Of a stretch of DNA of 64,000 bases, positions 13,006 to 25,735 are shown one piece after another. Position numbers and translations under genes: made by a program. Every line of letters begins with the position of its first letter. The first letter of the stretch is position 1. The DNA is from Vicugna vicugna (taxonomy: Eukaryota). The notes under the pieces are model-generated. The model saw only the letters and a program-made list of their open reading frames with translations. It was not told the DNA's origin and searched no databases. The stretch lies in assembly GCA_013265495.1 (NCBI GenBank), contig MU058213.1, forward strand, positions 7,456,066 through 7,520,065, in the 5' to 3' direction.

Positions 13006-14754
13006 GGCATATTACAGTCTGAATTTTTATGTCTCAGCAGTTAGCTGCTTTATGTAGGAAAGGAATGCTTTCTCGACAGAAAGCACGGAATTTACGTTGC
13101 TTCTTGACAATCATCTGGCATATGTTAAGGCTAAGCAGGAGCAAGTAGTGAGACCAACTTCAAAGCGGTCCATCATTTTTACCCCAAGAGACTTGAGAAC
13201 CGTGATGGGTCATGGGGTGTCCAACTAACAGTGATGGTGAATATGGTCATTTGAATCACAGCAAGAAAAGGGCCATGCACCAAACTTCCAAATAGTACAC
13301 CTGAATTTCACCAAGAGAAATTCATTCCTTTGGTCTAAACATAGCCAACTCTAAGCACTGTCTTTAAACATGCATGTTTTATGAATGAGCGACCACCTAA
13401 TTTGTTAGGTGCTTTCCTTCCCAGAAAACATGATTCAGTCTGAAAATGTTGAGTGTTTCTGGTGGAAGAGGCTTGGAAAGCTGAGGAGGGGGAGATGCAA
13501 GACAGAAAGGATGTGCTAAAAGAAGAAAACAAAAAATAAAAACAGGCAGGGTTTTAAATTAGCTTAAATATCAGTCAGCTGTCTCCCCCACATGCTTATG
13601 ATCAAAAGTTAATTTCAAGCAAATAAAAATAGATTTTTATAAAGGTGGTGGCTTTCTTTTGTTAACTAGAACAGAGGAGAGGTGGAGAGAGACAGCAGGC
13701 ATACTGATACCCCAACTCCTACTATATGGCAGACATCACTAATCGATTGTGGCATTCTTTCCCCCTGCACCAGAACTCCGCCTCAGATTTCTCTGTACTC
13801 AGCACTCCAGGTGGCCACTACCAATTGACTCTAGTTGGTGCCCAAAATGAAATCCAGTTTGTCATTCAGTCACAGGAGTCATCGTCTCCATTATTACCAA
13901 CCACGGGTCTGAATTTCACAAGCAGACAGTAATTGCATAAGCTTAAAGCTGCTGTTGGGACTCTTTTTCAGCCAAGTATCTGTAGAGGACACGACCCAGG
14001 GGAAACAGGAGGTCTCTTTGAGCTAATGAACTGGGATCCTTCCACACCAGACTCGAAGCTCTGCATGGGCTTTTTCCTCTAGAGCCCAAGAGAACACCCA
14101 ACGTAGAGCTGGTGCCGAGTTGAATGACTGTCCAAATCAACCTTCCAATGGAAGAGAACACATTGCCAGCAGATATTTGGTCTGAGAGTTCTCGAGAATA
14201 AACAGAGAGAAAAGTTTGCCTTAAAATGTCTTGTTTGGTTAGTGCAGCCTCTGCACGTGCACCCCACCCACTAAATTAGATATATGTAAAAGGACCTCTG
14301 ATCTAAAAACCATGATGCAGTATTTTAGAATTCGGTAATCAGCAAGGGAAACAAATGGAATCTGATAGGAAGGGGAGGCGCGTGACCAATTGGCAGGTAA
14401 TGTATGGAAAGGTAGGTGAGAATAAGCCAGTACTTTCCAGATTCTGGAGAGACAGCAAAGCCAGAAAGTCTGCCTGCTCAGAAGTCAGACCAAAGCTTTT
14501 CTCCCCGGGGCGGGGGGTGGGGTGGGGCGGGGAATCTTCAGCAAGCAGCTGGCTTCCGGTTCCCAGGGCACCAGGAAGACTCCACCACCACCTTTCAGGA
14601 AGCCTTCCTGGAGTTTCAGGGCAAAAACTGTCCCAAGTCAAAAAATTCAGCCAATAAAATAAGCCTTTACCTGATTTGGCCAGTTCTGTCCATCCCATCA
14701 GAGTCAAGCAAGGCCATCCTGCGATGGGCTAATCAATTTGGGTGTCTCTCACTC

Positions 14755-14850
14755 ACTGACTCATACACACACACACCCACGCACACATGAATACTCACAT
14801 GCATTCACGCCCACATATGCTCACACCTCCACACACACACACACACACAC
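14755..14850. repeat. Degenerate (CA)n tract
   Basis: Interrupted CA/CG/TA dinucleotide run. Confidence 0.9.
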
Positions 14851-15602
14851 TGTCCTACCACCAGCCTCCAGAGAAGCAGACTCAGATACCCCCCTCCCCC
14901 ATCACACTATTTTCCTTCTAAACAAACACGACTCTCTCTTGATAGAAATCTTCTTCTTCTAAAGGGACACTCTCATCAACACCAACCCTGGGGACCGGGT
15001 GGGAGGCAAGCTCACACCCGCTCTGCTGTTGGCCCCTTTCCTGCCGCGATGGTATTAGCCTGTTCCTCTGGAGGGATTCTGGCTCAGAACTTTTATAAGC
15101 AGGAGACTCAATTATGAGTTCCCTAAATTTGGAAAGAGAGCTAAATAAGGAAATACATTAGTCAATGTCCTTCTCAACCTCCTCCCCTACTCACTTCTCA
15201 ATCTTTTTTTTTTTTTTCTGCTTTCTTGACTTTGTAAAACTACCAACTGGAGCAACCATAAACAGGGCACCATACTGCGGAGGGAAAGAGGACAAGTGAG
15301 GAAAGAAATGCCAAACTTCGGGACTCTGAGTTTGATTGGTATATGGTTAAGGCCCCCAAGGCAAGTCAGAGCCAAGCCAATTCACCTTAATGCCGATTCT
15401 GCTAAGGAGTGGTCAGCATCACGGTGAGATACCCAGGAAAGAAAACTTTTCAGTACAGGTGATCTTTATGCTCTGAAGTGCAAGTAGCAATGTTGCCAGG
15501 GCTTAGGGATCACAGAGAGGTCCCCCAAGAATGAGTACTAGAGAGGGAAAAAGACCATGGCCTGGAAGTTAAATTATATGATCCCATATAAAGAGTCATG
15601 GT

Positions 15603-15865
15603 GGACATAGAACACAAGCTTGTGGTTACCAGGGGGGCGGCGGGGTTGGAGGGATAAATGAGGAGTTTGGGATTTGCAGATACAAACTATTATGTATAAA
15701 ATAGATAAACAGCAAGGTTCCTCTGTATAGCACAGAGAACTATATTCAATAATGAAAAAGAATATGAAAAAGACTAAATATTTATATACGTATAACTGAG
15801 TCCGATGCTGTACACCAGAAATTAACACAACACTGTAAACCAACTACACTTCAACTGAAAAAAAG
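15603..15865 (+). mobile_element. L1 3' UTR fragment (artiodactyl/camelid type)
   Basis: gtggttaccagg...ggagtttgggatttgcagatacaaact...tatagcacagagaactatattcaat...gctgtacaccagaaattaacacaacactgtaaa followed by A tail. Confidence 0.9.
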
Positions 15866-16183
15866 AACAATAGGGGAAAATATTTATAGGTCCCAAAATA
15901 AAAGGAGTCATGGTAGAGACATGCAGTTACCTGACAGAGGTCTTTCTGGAAGACAAAATTTGAAGTCTGCTTGAATTTATAAATACATCAAAGAAGGTAT
16001 GATAATCATCAAGTCTGGCCATGGAAGCAGAGAGAAAGGAAGGTATGGAGACAAACATGGGCAATGCCCTTCTAGGGATTTTTCAGGCTGAAAAGGCCCC
16101 ATTCAGTTGTGCCCAGTGGCAAGGAAGGAGGTTGAGGTGCCTGACTTACGTGTATTCAGCTCCGTGCACACAGACCCGGTGCT

Positions 16184-16315
16184 GGAGAAGGGAGACGGAG
16201 GGAGAAGGAAAGGAAGTGGGCAAGGTGGAAGGATGGAGGGAGAGGGGAGAAAAGGATGGAGGGAGAGAGAGGAAGCAGAGGGGAGGAGGAGAGAGAAAGG
16301 GAGAATGAGAAGGAT
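16184..16315. repeat. GA-rich polypurine low-complexity tract
   Basis: ~130 nt of almost pure G/A on the + strand. Confidence 0.9.
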
Positions 16316-16435
16316 ACAGGAGATGCCACCCTGCTGATCGTTCAATCAGCCCACAGTTCTTGAGCATCTCTCTGGGCTCGGCATGATTTCCAGCACTTAA
16401 ACATAGCTCCTGTTCACTCCGTGTGACTCCCCAAC

Positions 16436-16619
16436 CCGTGTTTCCAAGTGCGATCCGTGGGCTGGCCACAAGCGCATCCCCTGGGAATTTGTTGGAAATG
16501 CAAACTTGGGTCCCACGCCGTCCTACTGAATCAGAAACTCTGTGGGTGGGGCCCAGTGGTTTGTGTTCTAACAAGGTCTCTCGGTGATTCTGAGGCCCGA
16601 CTGAGTTGGAGAACCACTG
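16436..16619 (+). mobile_element. MER5A (hAT-Charlie MITE)
   Basis: cctgggaatttgttggaaatgcaaa...cctactgaatcagaaactctg...gggcccag...ggtgattctga...gagaaccactg. Confidence 0.85.
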
Positions 16620-18899
16620 CCCTAGACACAAGCCAATGACCGCATGCGGAGCCCAACCGAAGAAACAGCCAGAGAAATCTCTCCTTTACATAAACACAGG
16701 AGCATTCTGGTCTTAGCGCATCAGTTTGGGAGCTTGTGGGGTCTGAATCTGTGCTCACATCTCTGAACGTGGCAAAGACAAGTCTTTGAGCCTGTGGGGC
16801 TGAAAGTTGGTCCTTGCCAGTGGGAGAGAGTCACCAAGTTAATGGGCCACTCCTCAGCACGTGGACACCTCACATCTCCATGTACTGGGTGGGTTCTCCT
16901 CCATTTTTCGCCACTTACAGAAAAACAGGTTTCTGTGATTTGAGAGAGACCACAGCTGGGTACCATGCTTCAGAAAGATCCAGTGCACTCTTCCAAAAAG
17001 GCCATTCAGCTCTGTGTATAATGTCGTGGTAATCATGTGGCCACTCTCAGGTGACAGGCAGGGCTGGAAATTTCTGCGATACTTCTGGCAATGGCTAACT
17101 AAATCATTTCCCTGCAATCCAACCCATCAGTTCGGTGTTTGTTTCTGTACTGCTTTTATTGTTTCATTTGCTTTGCCAAGTGCACTCAGACTTGACTTGC
17201 GGACAACCGTGGGCAGCACAGTTGGGTATAAAAGAGAGTTACTTAATGGTGTTATTTAAGGTGTGTACCTTAGCCAGGCAGTTTACAAAAGCAAATCCCT
17301 GTGAGGTATAAAGCATCAGAAAGCAAAACAACGGTCACTGACATCTCTGTAGAGGACAGAAAGAAGCTGAGTCACTGAGCTTGCAATTCAAGAGAAGGCA
17401 AATATATCACAGAACAAAGGATGACCCTCCACCCTGGGTCACAGGACATCAGCTTCAGAGATGTTCACCAACACAGAAAGATTTGTTGCTTACGATGAAA
17501 GACATCTGTGAAATGTCTTTCACTGAACAAAGCATCATCTGACCCCTAACTAAACATAGCTGGCTTTATAAAAGGTTGTTTTTTTATATAATATTGCCAA
17601 ACACTATTTCTGTAGCTCTTTGAAGAAGAGAGAGACCAGTTAGCGTTATTGAATCTGTGGCAGACATCATTCTAATCTGCGTCTGGGGAAGTATATTACG
17701 CCTATACCTACCTGCCTAATTTGTTACTTAAGGATACAGACTAAGGCTGTTTAATCAAAAACAAAGCAGAGCAGTTACTACTAAGGGCGACCATCTGTAG
17801 AACTGTGTTAAGCATCCTAAGGGGAAAAAAAAAAAAAAGAAAGGTAGGTACCACTTTGGTCTCCAGAGGAGACAAGATACACAGAAGTTCAGGACTGAAA
17901 TGTTTGTGTTTAGAGAAGTCCATATGGATTGGAACGCAGCAAGAGACTCTTTCGTGGAAGGGATAAACTTTGCTCAGTGGATAAAATCTCACACGGAAAT
18001 TTGGCAGGAAATATGAACAAGAAGAACAACCAAGGCAAGATTCAGTGCTTTTAAAGATAAAATTCAATTCCTCACTTCCATTCGGGATGAAGCATTGGGA
18101 AGTGGCAAAGTCACCAGTAGGAAGGCTGATTATTCACCACGAGAGAAAGGTACATTGACCTGACGGTCCAAGCCCAGCTTCACCTCCCATCTCCAATGCT
18201 ATACACACAGTAGATTAGATGTGTCCAAGCCCTTCACCACAGGGCACCACCTATCACATTTCAGCTATTGCCTCTCCTAATTACCTTGCTCCCTCATCCC
18301 CTCTAAGAAGTCATCTAAGGATCAAACAAATGCTATCAGAAGCAAGGACTGAGTCTGGGGGAGGAGCTGTGCAGGCTGTGGGTGTGGGGGAGGATGAACA
18401 GGGATGTCAGCTCACTGCTGGCTAAGTGTAGGGCTCAGGTTCCATCATCAGCATTTTCCCCTGGTCGCAAGTATCCTGGAATAGCCCTTCCGGGTGGGGC
18501 TTTCATGGTGGCAATGTCAGCTGGTACAGGGACCTAGAGCAGATGACAGGCACTAACAGCATGACAGAACGTCGGAGTTATTGAGGAAAACATCTCAAAA
18601 CACAGCCCTTCTGTCTCCCTCCCAAAGAGCACTGAGAAGGGGAGCCTTTGGCATTTAACAGCACTAAAAAAAAAAAAAGTTCTGCTCCCAGAGGAAGACC
18701 TTGGCAGATGCCAGAGTTCAGTTTAAGATTTTTGGCTTCAGTTTCTCAGCTCATGAACTCTGATTTGATATTCTCAGATTTAGACACACTCTGATCTGAT
18801 ATTCTTTTTCTCCCTCCTGAAAGGTAATTACATTTGAGGTATGACGATCTCCGGGGCATCTTTGAGGAACGGTGAACCTGCTTTTGTGGCACTGCCTAC

Positions 18900-19040
18900 T
18901 ACGTGTGATTTGTGGGCCTGACTCACCTCCCCCACCAGAACATCAGCCCCCTCTAGAAAGCATCACCTCGGCATCTCTAGCTGCTCGGCACAGAAACGTG
19001 CCCAGAGAAAGTGCTCGACACGTACAGCTTGGCTGAAGGA
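18900..19040 (+). mobile_element. L2 3' end remnant
   Basis: ctcccccaccagaacatcagccc...ggcacagaaacgtgcccagagaaagtgctcgac. Confidence 0.45.
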
Positions 19041-19562
19041 ACAGAGCAGAGAGAATTCAGGTTCTTCCCACTTTTCCACTGCGCAGAAGGCAGGGTCTAG
19101 CTAAATCTTCATTATTTGCTCTTCTCCCAGCCCTGAACCCTTTCTTAGACCCCACCTGTGGGGTGATTCTTCACTGTCTCAGCAGCCAAGTGTGTTTTCA
19201 CACCTGAAGCCCTGCAGTGCCTTGATCCTGGACCATCCTGCTATGATCGTTTAATGTCTGCACCTCGCTAGAGGGGATGCCGATGGGGTCACACGGGAGG
19301 GTAGCTATTCCCGTGGATGGGGAACAGGGGACAATCAGGTTGATCATTTTCTTATTCCTGTTGCATGGTCTTGCAGCGAAACTGCATAAAACCCATCTGG
19401 AAGAGTGATGATGTCGACTCCCACCTATTTCCAAGAAAGAAGATTCTATGGCTTCAGGCAGTCCATTCCTCCGTTAAAAATTCATTACATCCCTTAGTAT
19501 GCGGGATGGTGCTCTCGTCCACCTGTGAGGGATAAAGACCAGTTGAAGGCTACGGTCTAGAC

Positions 19563-19732
19563 CAGGGTTTCTCAAAATGTGGCCCCTGGACCAGCAGCAG
19601 CAGCATCCCCTGGGAACTAGGTAGAAATGCAAGCTCCCAGACCCTCTCCCAGATCTACTGAATCCCAGTCATTGGTGCTTTTAGCATGCCCTCCAGGTGA
19701 CTGTGAGGCTCACTACGGTTTGGGAACCACTG
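19563..19732 (+). mobile_element. MER5A (hAT-Charlie MITE) with target-site remnant
   Basis: cagggtttctcaaaatgtggccc...ctccaggtga...gggaaccactg; flanks gtctagac (19555-19562) and gtctacagac, matching the Charlie NTCTAGAN preference. Confidence 0.9.
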
Positions 19733-20662
19733 GTCTACAGACTGAGGGCCAGGAGGGTCAGGTGTGCTTGACACTTGTCAATGTAGAATCACCTGTTTGG
19801 TGGCCCTACGTTTCCCCTGTTTAGTGCTGCTTGTCAGGAAGAGTATTTATTCACTTTAATTCCATAGTTCGTGTGAACTGTCAACTGGAGAAGATGGGAA
19901 CCAATCTTCACAGGCCACTGGGCTCCCGGAAGCCCAGGCTATTCGACTTTGAACTACCAACCGGATCCTAATTAATGAATTTGTCAAGTGCTTCGCCCCT
20001 CTGTGAGGATTTTAGCAGAGACTTCGGTGACAGCTATCCACTTTTATGGATTTTAACTGAGTAATTAATAGGATAACAGTTACAAGTGCAAGTTAAGTGC
20101 ATATTATTTCCACTGGATTGAGTCATAAATAAGTAATACAGCTTTGAAAGCGAATGGGAAGAGACGGTTGGAAAGAAAGACCTATTGGGAGCTGAATGAG
20201 GGAGGCCAGACTTCATTTTAAGCTCTACCTTCTTCTCATTTCAGTGAAGCAAGCGGTTCACAGGGGACCGGCCCAGGCGGGGATAGATTCTGCTTCACTT
20301 TGTGCTTCAGCCCAAAGTATCGGAACAGAGACAATCTACCAAATGGAGACATTCTGGTCTCTCCTCCTTCCTCAGAAATCAGAAGTGAAAACAGCTCAGT
20401 ACGCCAGAGGTAAGGGCGAGAGGCGGAGCAGCAAAGCTTCAGAAATATTCTGCAACACAGTTGTTACACAAGCCGTCTGATGTTTTATGTTTTTCCGGCA
20501 TCTGGGCTGACTCCCTCCCCAACCACAAATTCAAGGCTTCTTTCTGGCAGCGGCGAGCCCCCGCTATCCAACTCCTGCTCCAAATCAGTTCTGGGCATCA
20601 GGGCCCCATCGCATCTTTTGTGGGACCTGGACAGTTTTGTCTTCACAATCCCCTTCAACACA

Positions 20663-20765
20663 AATAAAATAAAATAAAATAAAATAAAATAAAATAAAAG
20701 TAAAATAAAATAAAATAAAGTAAAGTAAAGTAAAATAAAATAAAATAAAATAAATAAAATGAAAA
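20663..20765. repeat. (TAAAA)n pentanucleotide microsatellite
   Basis: direct reading, with TAAAG variants. Confidence 0.95.
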
Positions 20766-20834
20766 TTGTAGTTTATGACTGCATTGGTTTAAAGACAAAT
20801 ATAATCCAGGCTGGGCTTCACAATTATATATTCC

Positions 20835-20887
20835 TTTTTTTTCAATTGAAGCAGAGTTGATTTACAATGTTGTGTTAGTTTCTGGTT
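20835..20887 (-). mobile_element. Very short L1 3' terminal fragment
   Basis: ttttttttcaattgaagcagagttgatttacaatgttgtgttagtttctggt. Confidence 0.75.
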
Positions 20888-20949
20888 TATTATTTTATAC
20901 TCACTTAAAATGTAAACACTTTAGTGGGTCCTTAACAGTAGTGCAGGCC

Positions 20950-21365
20950 TGGAGCAGCTTCCTAGGGCTGCTGTAAGAAAGTTCTGTAAACCAGGTGGAT
21001 TAAATGTCAGAAATGTACTGTCTTACTGATCTGGAGGCTAGAAGTCCAAGATCAAGTCCTCAAACGCTCCCCCTGAAGGCACTAGCAAAGGATGTGCTCC
21101 AGGCCTCTCTCCCAGCTTCTCCGACATCCTTGGCTTATGACGGCAGAGCTCTGATCCTCCCTCGGTGTTCTCCCTGTGTGTGCATCTGTCTCCAAATTGC
21201 CCCTTTTTATAAGGACACCAGCCATGTCAGATTAGGGGCCCACCTGACTCTGGTATGACCTCATCTTAACTAATTACTCGGAATGTGACCCTATTTCCCA
21301 ATAAGGTTCCTTTCTCAGGTGCTGGGGGTTCAGGATTTTGAGGAGACACAGTTCAACCCATACCA
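20950..21365 (-). mobile_element. MaLR solo LTR (MLT1 family)
   Basis: ctagggctgctgtaa...tctggaggctagaagtccaagatcaag...tataaggacaccag...ggcccacc...gacctcatcttaact...cacagttcaacccata. Confidence 0.85.
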
Positions 21366-21525
21366 AGGGCCTATGCCCTCCGTCTAATGGAGGGCTCACC
21401 CCTGCCGAGCCTGCCTGGGGACGCTGCAGGGGAGACGCAAGTTTGGGGTCTCCAGAACATCCGAGAGGAGATAAAGGCTCAGGGGTGAAAGAGGGAGACA
21501 TTTTACATTCAATTTTACCCTCTTT

Positions 21526-21742
21526 TGATTTGCAAGTATTAACTACAATATATAAAGTGGATAAAAAGCAAATTTTTTTCTGTATAGCACAGGGAACTAT
21601 ATTCAATATCTTATAATAACCTTTCATGAAAAAGAATATGAAAACAAATATACGTATACATATGTATGACTGAAGCATTGTGCTGTACACCAGAAATTGA
21701 CACAACATTGTAAACTGACTATTCAATTAAAAAAAAACAAAT
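21526..21742 (+). mobile_element. L1 3' UTR fragment with TSD
   Basis: tatagcacagggaactatattcaatatctt; TSD aattttaccctcttt (21511-21525) / aattttatcctcttt (21743-21757). Confidence 0.92.
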
Positions 21743-24700
21743 AATTTTATCCTCTTTAAAAAGGAAATACTTTAGGATTCAGAAACACTTCAAGGAAGAG
21801 TTTCTGTGCATCAGCTCAAGCTGGAGGAAGGTTAACTTTCCCCAACACCCCACTTCTAATAAGTCCAGGTGAGCCTTAACCTGCCTCAGCTCCAAACAGG
21901 AGCCAAGCCTCCTCCACTCCGAGGTTTCCATCCTGCACGTTTGCTGCTTGTCTCTTGGAGCCGAGCCCTCCTAGGAATTGAGGAAGGATACAATTTCACT
22001 TAAAAAAAGAAAAAAAATCTGATTTTCACAGAGGCAACGTACTTCTCACGCTCTCTTCCGCATGTTAACCTTTTCTCTTCCCCCGCAAGAAACATTCAAT
22101 TCGCCCAGGTCCACATGAAGGGAGAGATGTGTCCGTTGCCCCCAGACACAACCTCTTTCCCCGTCTCCTCCACTAAAAAAGGAAAAGACTGAGGGCGACG
22201 GGAAAGGATACCTGAGATTATCAATCCCTTTGTTGCCTCCATTTTTAAAGTTACTATCAGCCCGTGGCGACAAAGGCCTCTCAATTCTTTCTCAGTCAGT
22301 GGTTCAATGGTTTAATTCCCAAAGGATCCTATAAACCCAAACAAAATGCTAGCTATCCTCCTGGAACCTTCCCCCTCCCCACCTCTCCCACGCACACACG
22401 GAGAAGAAAAATCACCGGGTACAAACCCAGCCAAACAAAGCAGCACGGCCTGTGAGGGCACCACGAAGTGAGGACTGAAACAGTCCAGGAACTCGGTCTG
22501 TCCACATACGCTGCAAAAGCTCCAGACACACGTTCGCAGACACACAGTGAGGGCCGACACACCACTCACAGCCCGGGTTGTGAAGGGGAGCCTAAGCCAT
22601 CAAAGGCGCCCGTTGGCAATGGCAGCCGGGTTGCACCCCTGTGAGCAGGTGCCCTTAGAGCCATAAATAACAGGGCTCTCGGGGTGCACACGTGCCCGAG
22701 ACGAAGGGCTGTGTGTTTCTGGGGAGGAGTCATTGGAACCACCTCAGGAAGGCTTTTTCTCTCCCTCTTAGGTCTTCATTAACTTTTCAAAAAAAAAAAA
22801 AACCAAACAAAAGTGAAAACAGTGATATGGCTATGGACATACACAAAACCTAATGATGACTGGAAGAAGCTCGCACAGTCCTCCTCAAAAAAAGATCCTC
22901 AAGTTGGCTGACCTACCAGACTCAGCCCAAAGGTTGAGCCAACCCCGGCGAGAAAGAAGCCGTGGAACTTTTCAAGGCTGTACATGCAGATCGTCTGTAT
23001 TTCCTGCACAGCCTTCAGCCACTGCAAAACATAAGCCCTGGGTGTTCTGCTCGGGCAGTGGGAGCGGTGTGGTTTACTTAGATGGACGGATGTTCTCGGC
23101 TCTGGGGCTGGATATGAAAAACTGCCAGAGGTGTCCCAAGGTCCCCTCCAAATGCCTCGGCTGACCACGTATACAGCACCGACCATGAGCAAGTCACGTG
23201 GGACAGGAAGAGAAAGTTCAGTGAACAAGTGACTCAGATTCCATTCCCAGCCGGAAACTTCACGCCGCACAATACGGATTTCAGAGGACAGTGTCCTCCG
23301 GAACAGTAGCTTCTGCTTCATGTGACCTTGAGCTTTTCTTTACCTTGGAAGAGCTGCCAGCACTCCCATGCCTCTCCCTCCCAGAAAAAGAATTAGATAG
23401 TTTACCCTCTGTCCACACGATCGCTGATAATGTGGCTTTCAACAGGCCACCAGCCTCAGGCTTGCTTTCTGCAGGCTCGAATAACCAGGATAGCAGTCAG
23501 ATGGGAAAGTGCCTCCTTGGGGTGAGAGTTCCCAAAGAATGGAATAAGGCAGAGGGTGGCGTCACACTGACTGTGAAAATTCTCATCAAGGCTGCTCAGA
23601 GGGCAGCGTTCCTGGGGACAGATGCCTGCTGCTTCTTCCCTGCCAGGTCCTAGAAACGTGAAGGTTCACGCCCAGGGCACTGAGCAGCTATTGGCAGCTC
23701 AGCCCTGTGCAGAGACCTGGGGACCACGGTTTCATCAGCTTACTGGGCTACAGGGACTTGGCTCTGGGGGTCTAGCCCTCTCCCTGCCAAACCATCTTTG
23801 GCGCCAGAGGGCCCTTTTTTACCATCTTCACCTCTTCTTTAGTCACATGGCAGGCCTCGGCAACCTTGCCTTCCTTGTCTTCTTTCCCGACTTCCTGCAA
23901 GGCCACAGCTGACCCCCCCACATGCCTCAGACCCATTGCACTAGTCTCCTTGGGAACCAACACACCACCCTTTGCCAAGCTTCCTCAGAATGCTGCCTTC
24001 TAGTTCCTTCCTTCCCAGCTGAACAAAAGTTTCTCTCACAGCATTTATGTAACTGCTGAAATCCAGCCTCCTCCAGGAAGCCACTCTAGATTGATGAGGG
24101 AGAAATGCAAATGATTTCCATGGCCTCAACTGAACATATACATATATACATGTATCTAGGAGTTGCTATTTCCAACAGCCACCAAGTTGTTTGGTGTCCC
24201 CTCTCTGCCACCCACAGTGAATGGTGTTATTCTTTTCAAAAGTGAAAGTAACTTTAATGTTTTGCCAATCGTAAAAATGTCAAGATACTCACACTCAACA
24301 GGCGGATTTGCAGATGCAGAAACTTATCTGAAGAATGTACAAAATCGCACAAACACTGCTCTACAGTGAGGAAACTTCTTACATGATACACGCCTTTACA
24401 TAAGTGCACTTGCTCTTGACCGATACTGCCTCTCTGATACAAATAAAAATTAAACGGAGGCTAATTAACACAGCAAAGAGTCGGTAGCCGCTCGTTAATT
24501 GGTCCTGTTTGCAGGCCTACCATGAAAAGATCACTTTCACACTTCAGTAGAAGCGTTAAGCTTGACTAACACTGTCCTAAGAAAACAGTGAACAGACGTT
24601 GAGACACGTACTATGATGTGGAAGGTGAGTGAAGTTCAATTCCGTTATCACTTTGCTATAGACGCCGATGAGTCTAGTAAAGGGGGAGGCAATGGTTTGA

Positions 24701-25529
24701 GCAAAGAGTGACTGAGGTTGACCGAAGAAGCGTAAGCAGGCATGGTGAGCAGATCTGCCAATCTTTCCGTCCATCAACAGAGAACAGGAATCTGGGTCTA
24801 AGTCTAGATTCAGTGTGAGGCTCTGCCTTTGCACCACCTGCCTTGGCTTGAAGGTTTGAGGTCACCGTCTCTATGTCATATGCATGTGGGACCAGGAAAA
24901 TAAAGAATCAGAGCGTCTCTCCTCCCGCCCTCCGGGGAGGAGACTGCCTCAGTCCAATTTAATCCCAGGCTGTGTCGTTCCCATCAGAGTAATGGATCGG
25001 GGGTGAAGGAGACTAAAAGAAGCTGAAGCCATTTGACTGGTTTCCATTGGAGACACCAGACGCACAGAAGAGGAAATGAGAGATTTGGAAGCTAAGAGAT
25101 AGGTGGGGAAAAGTGAAAAATCAGAAGGCACTGGGTTGAAGGAAAAGTTTGAAAGAACTTTTTTTTTTTTTGAGAATGGGGAGTGATTAGGGCAGCTGTC
25201 ATACTGTGATGGGTGGGGTTTCAGAGAGATAGATAAAGAGATTTTTGAGAAAATCTGCTATAAGCTATAGATGGAATCCTTCCTTTAGCATTTTCTGAAA
25301 AACTATCACAAAGATACAAATTGCTTTTAAATTCTTTTTGGAAGTCAGTGTCTGCTTCTTTGGAAGAGACACTGTGCTGACCCTGGGGACAGAAGGCAGC
25401 TTAGTTTTATACGGGTTACATATAAAAACCTGTGTTGTTAGCTTTGAGCTCTCAGTTTCTAGATGGCAGGGGTCCATATCCATGTAGCTGATTCGGTTTT
25501 ATCCCAGGAGGCATCTTGTCATCATTCTA

Positions 25530-25735
25530 GAAGCTCTGAAGTAGGAACGTGAATTTGAATCCTGGTTCACCTTCTTGCTGGCTATGTGGCCCAGGACATG
25601 TCGCTCCCTGAGTTCAGGGTCCTCACAAGTGCACAGTGGGCAGTGACGGTGACATCTGCCTGCACCGGGGGCTCCTACGAGGACCAGTGAGATAAGTACA
25701 TATGAGCGTGCTCTGTGAACGGTGAAGAGCTACCC
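25530..25735 (+). mobile_element. MIR SINE
   Basis: gctctgaag...tttgaatcctggttc...gctatgtggccc...gaggaccagtgagataa. Confidence 0.6.

Noticed and set aside
18757..18805. 18-bp direct repeat (actctgatttgatattct / actctgatctgatattct)
   Set aside because: Only two copies; consistent with an ordinary local duplication
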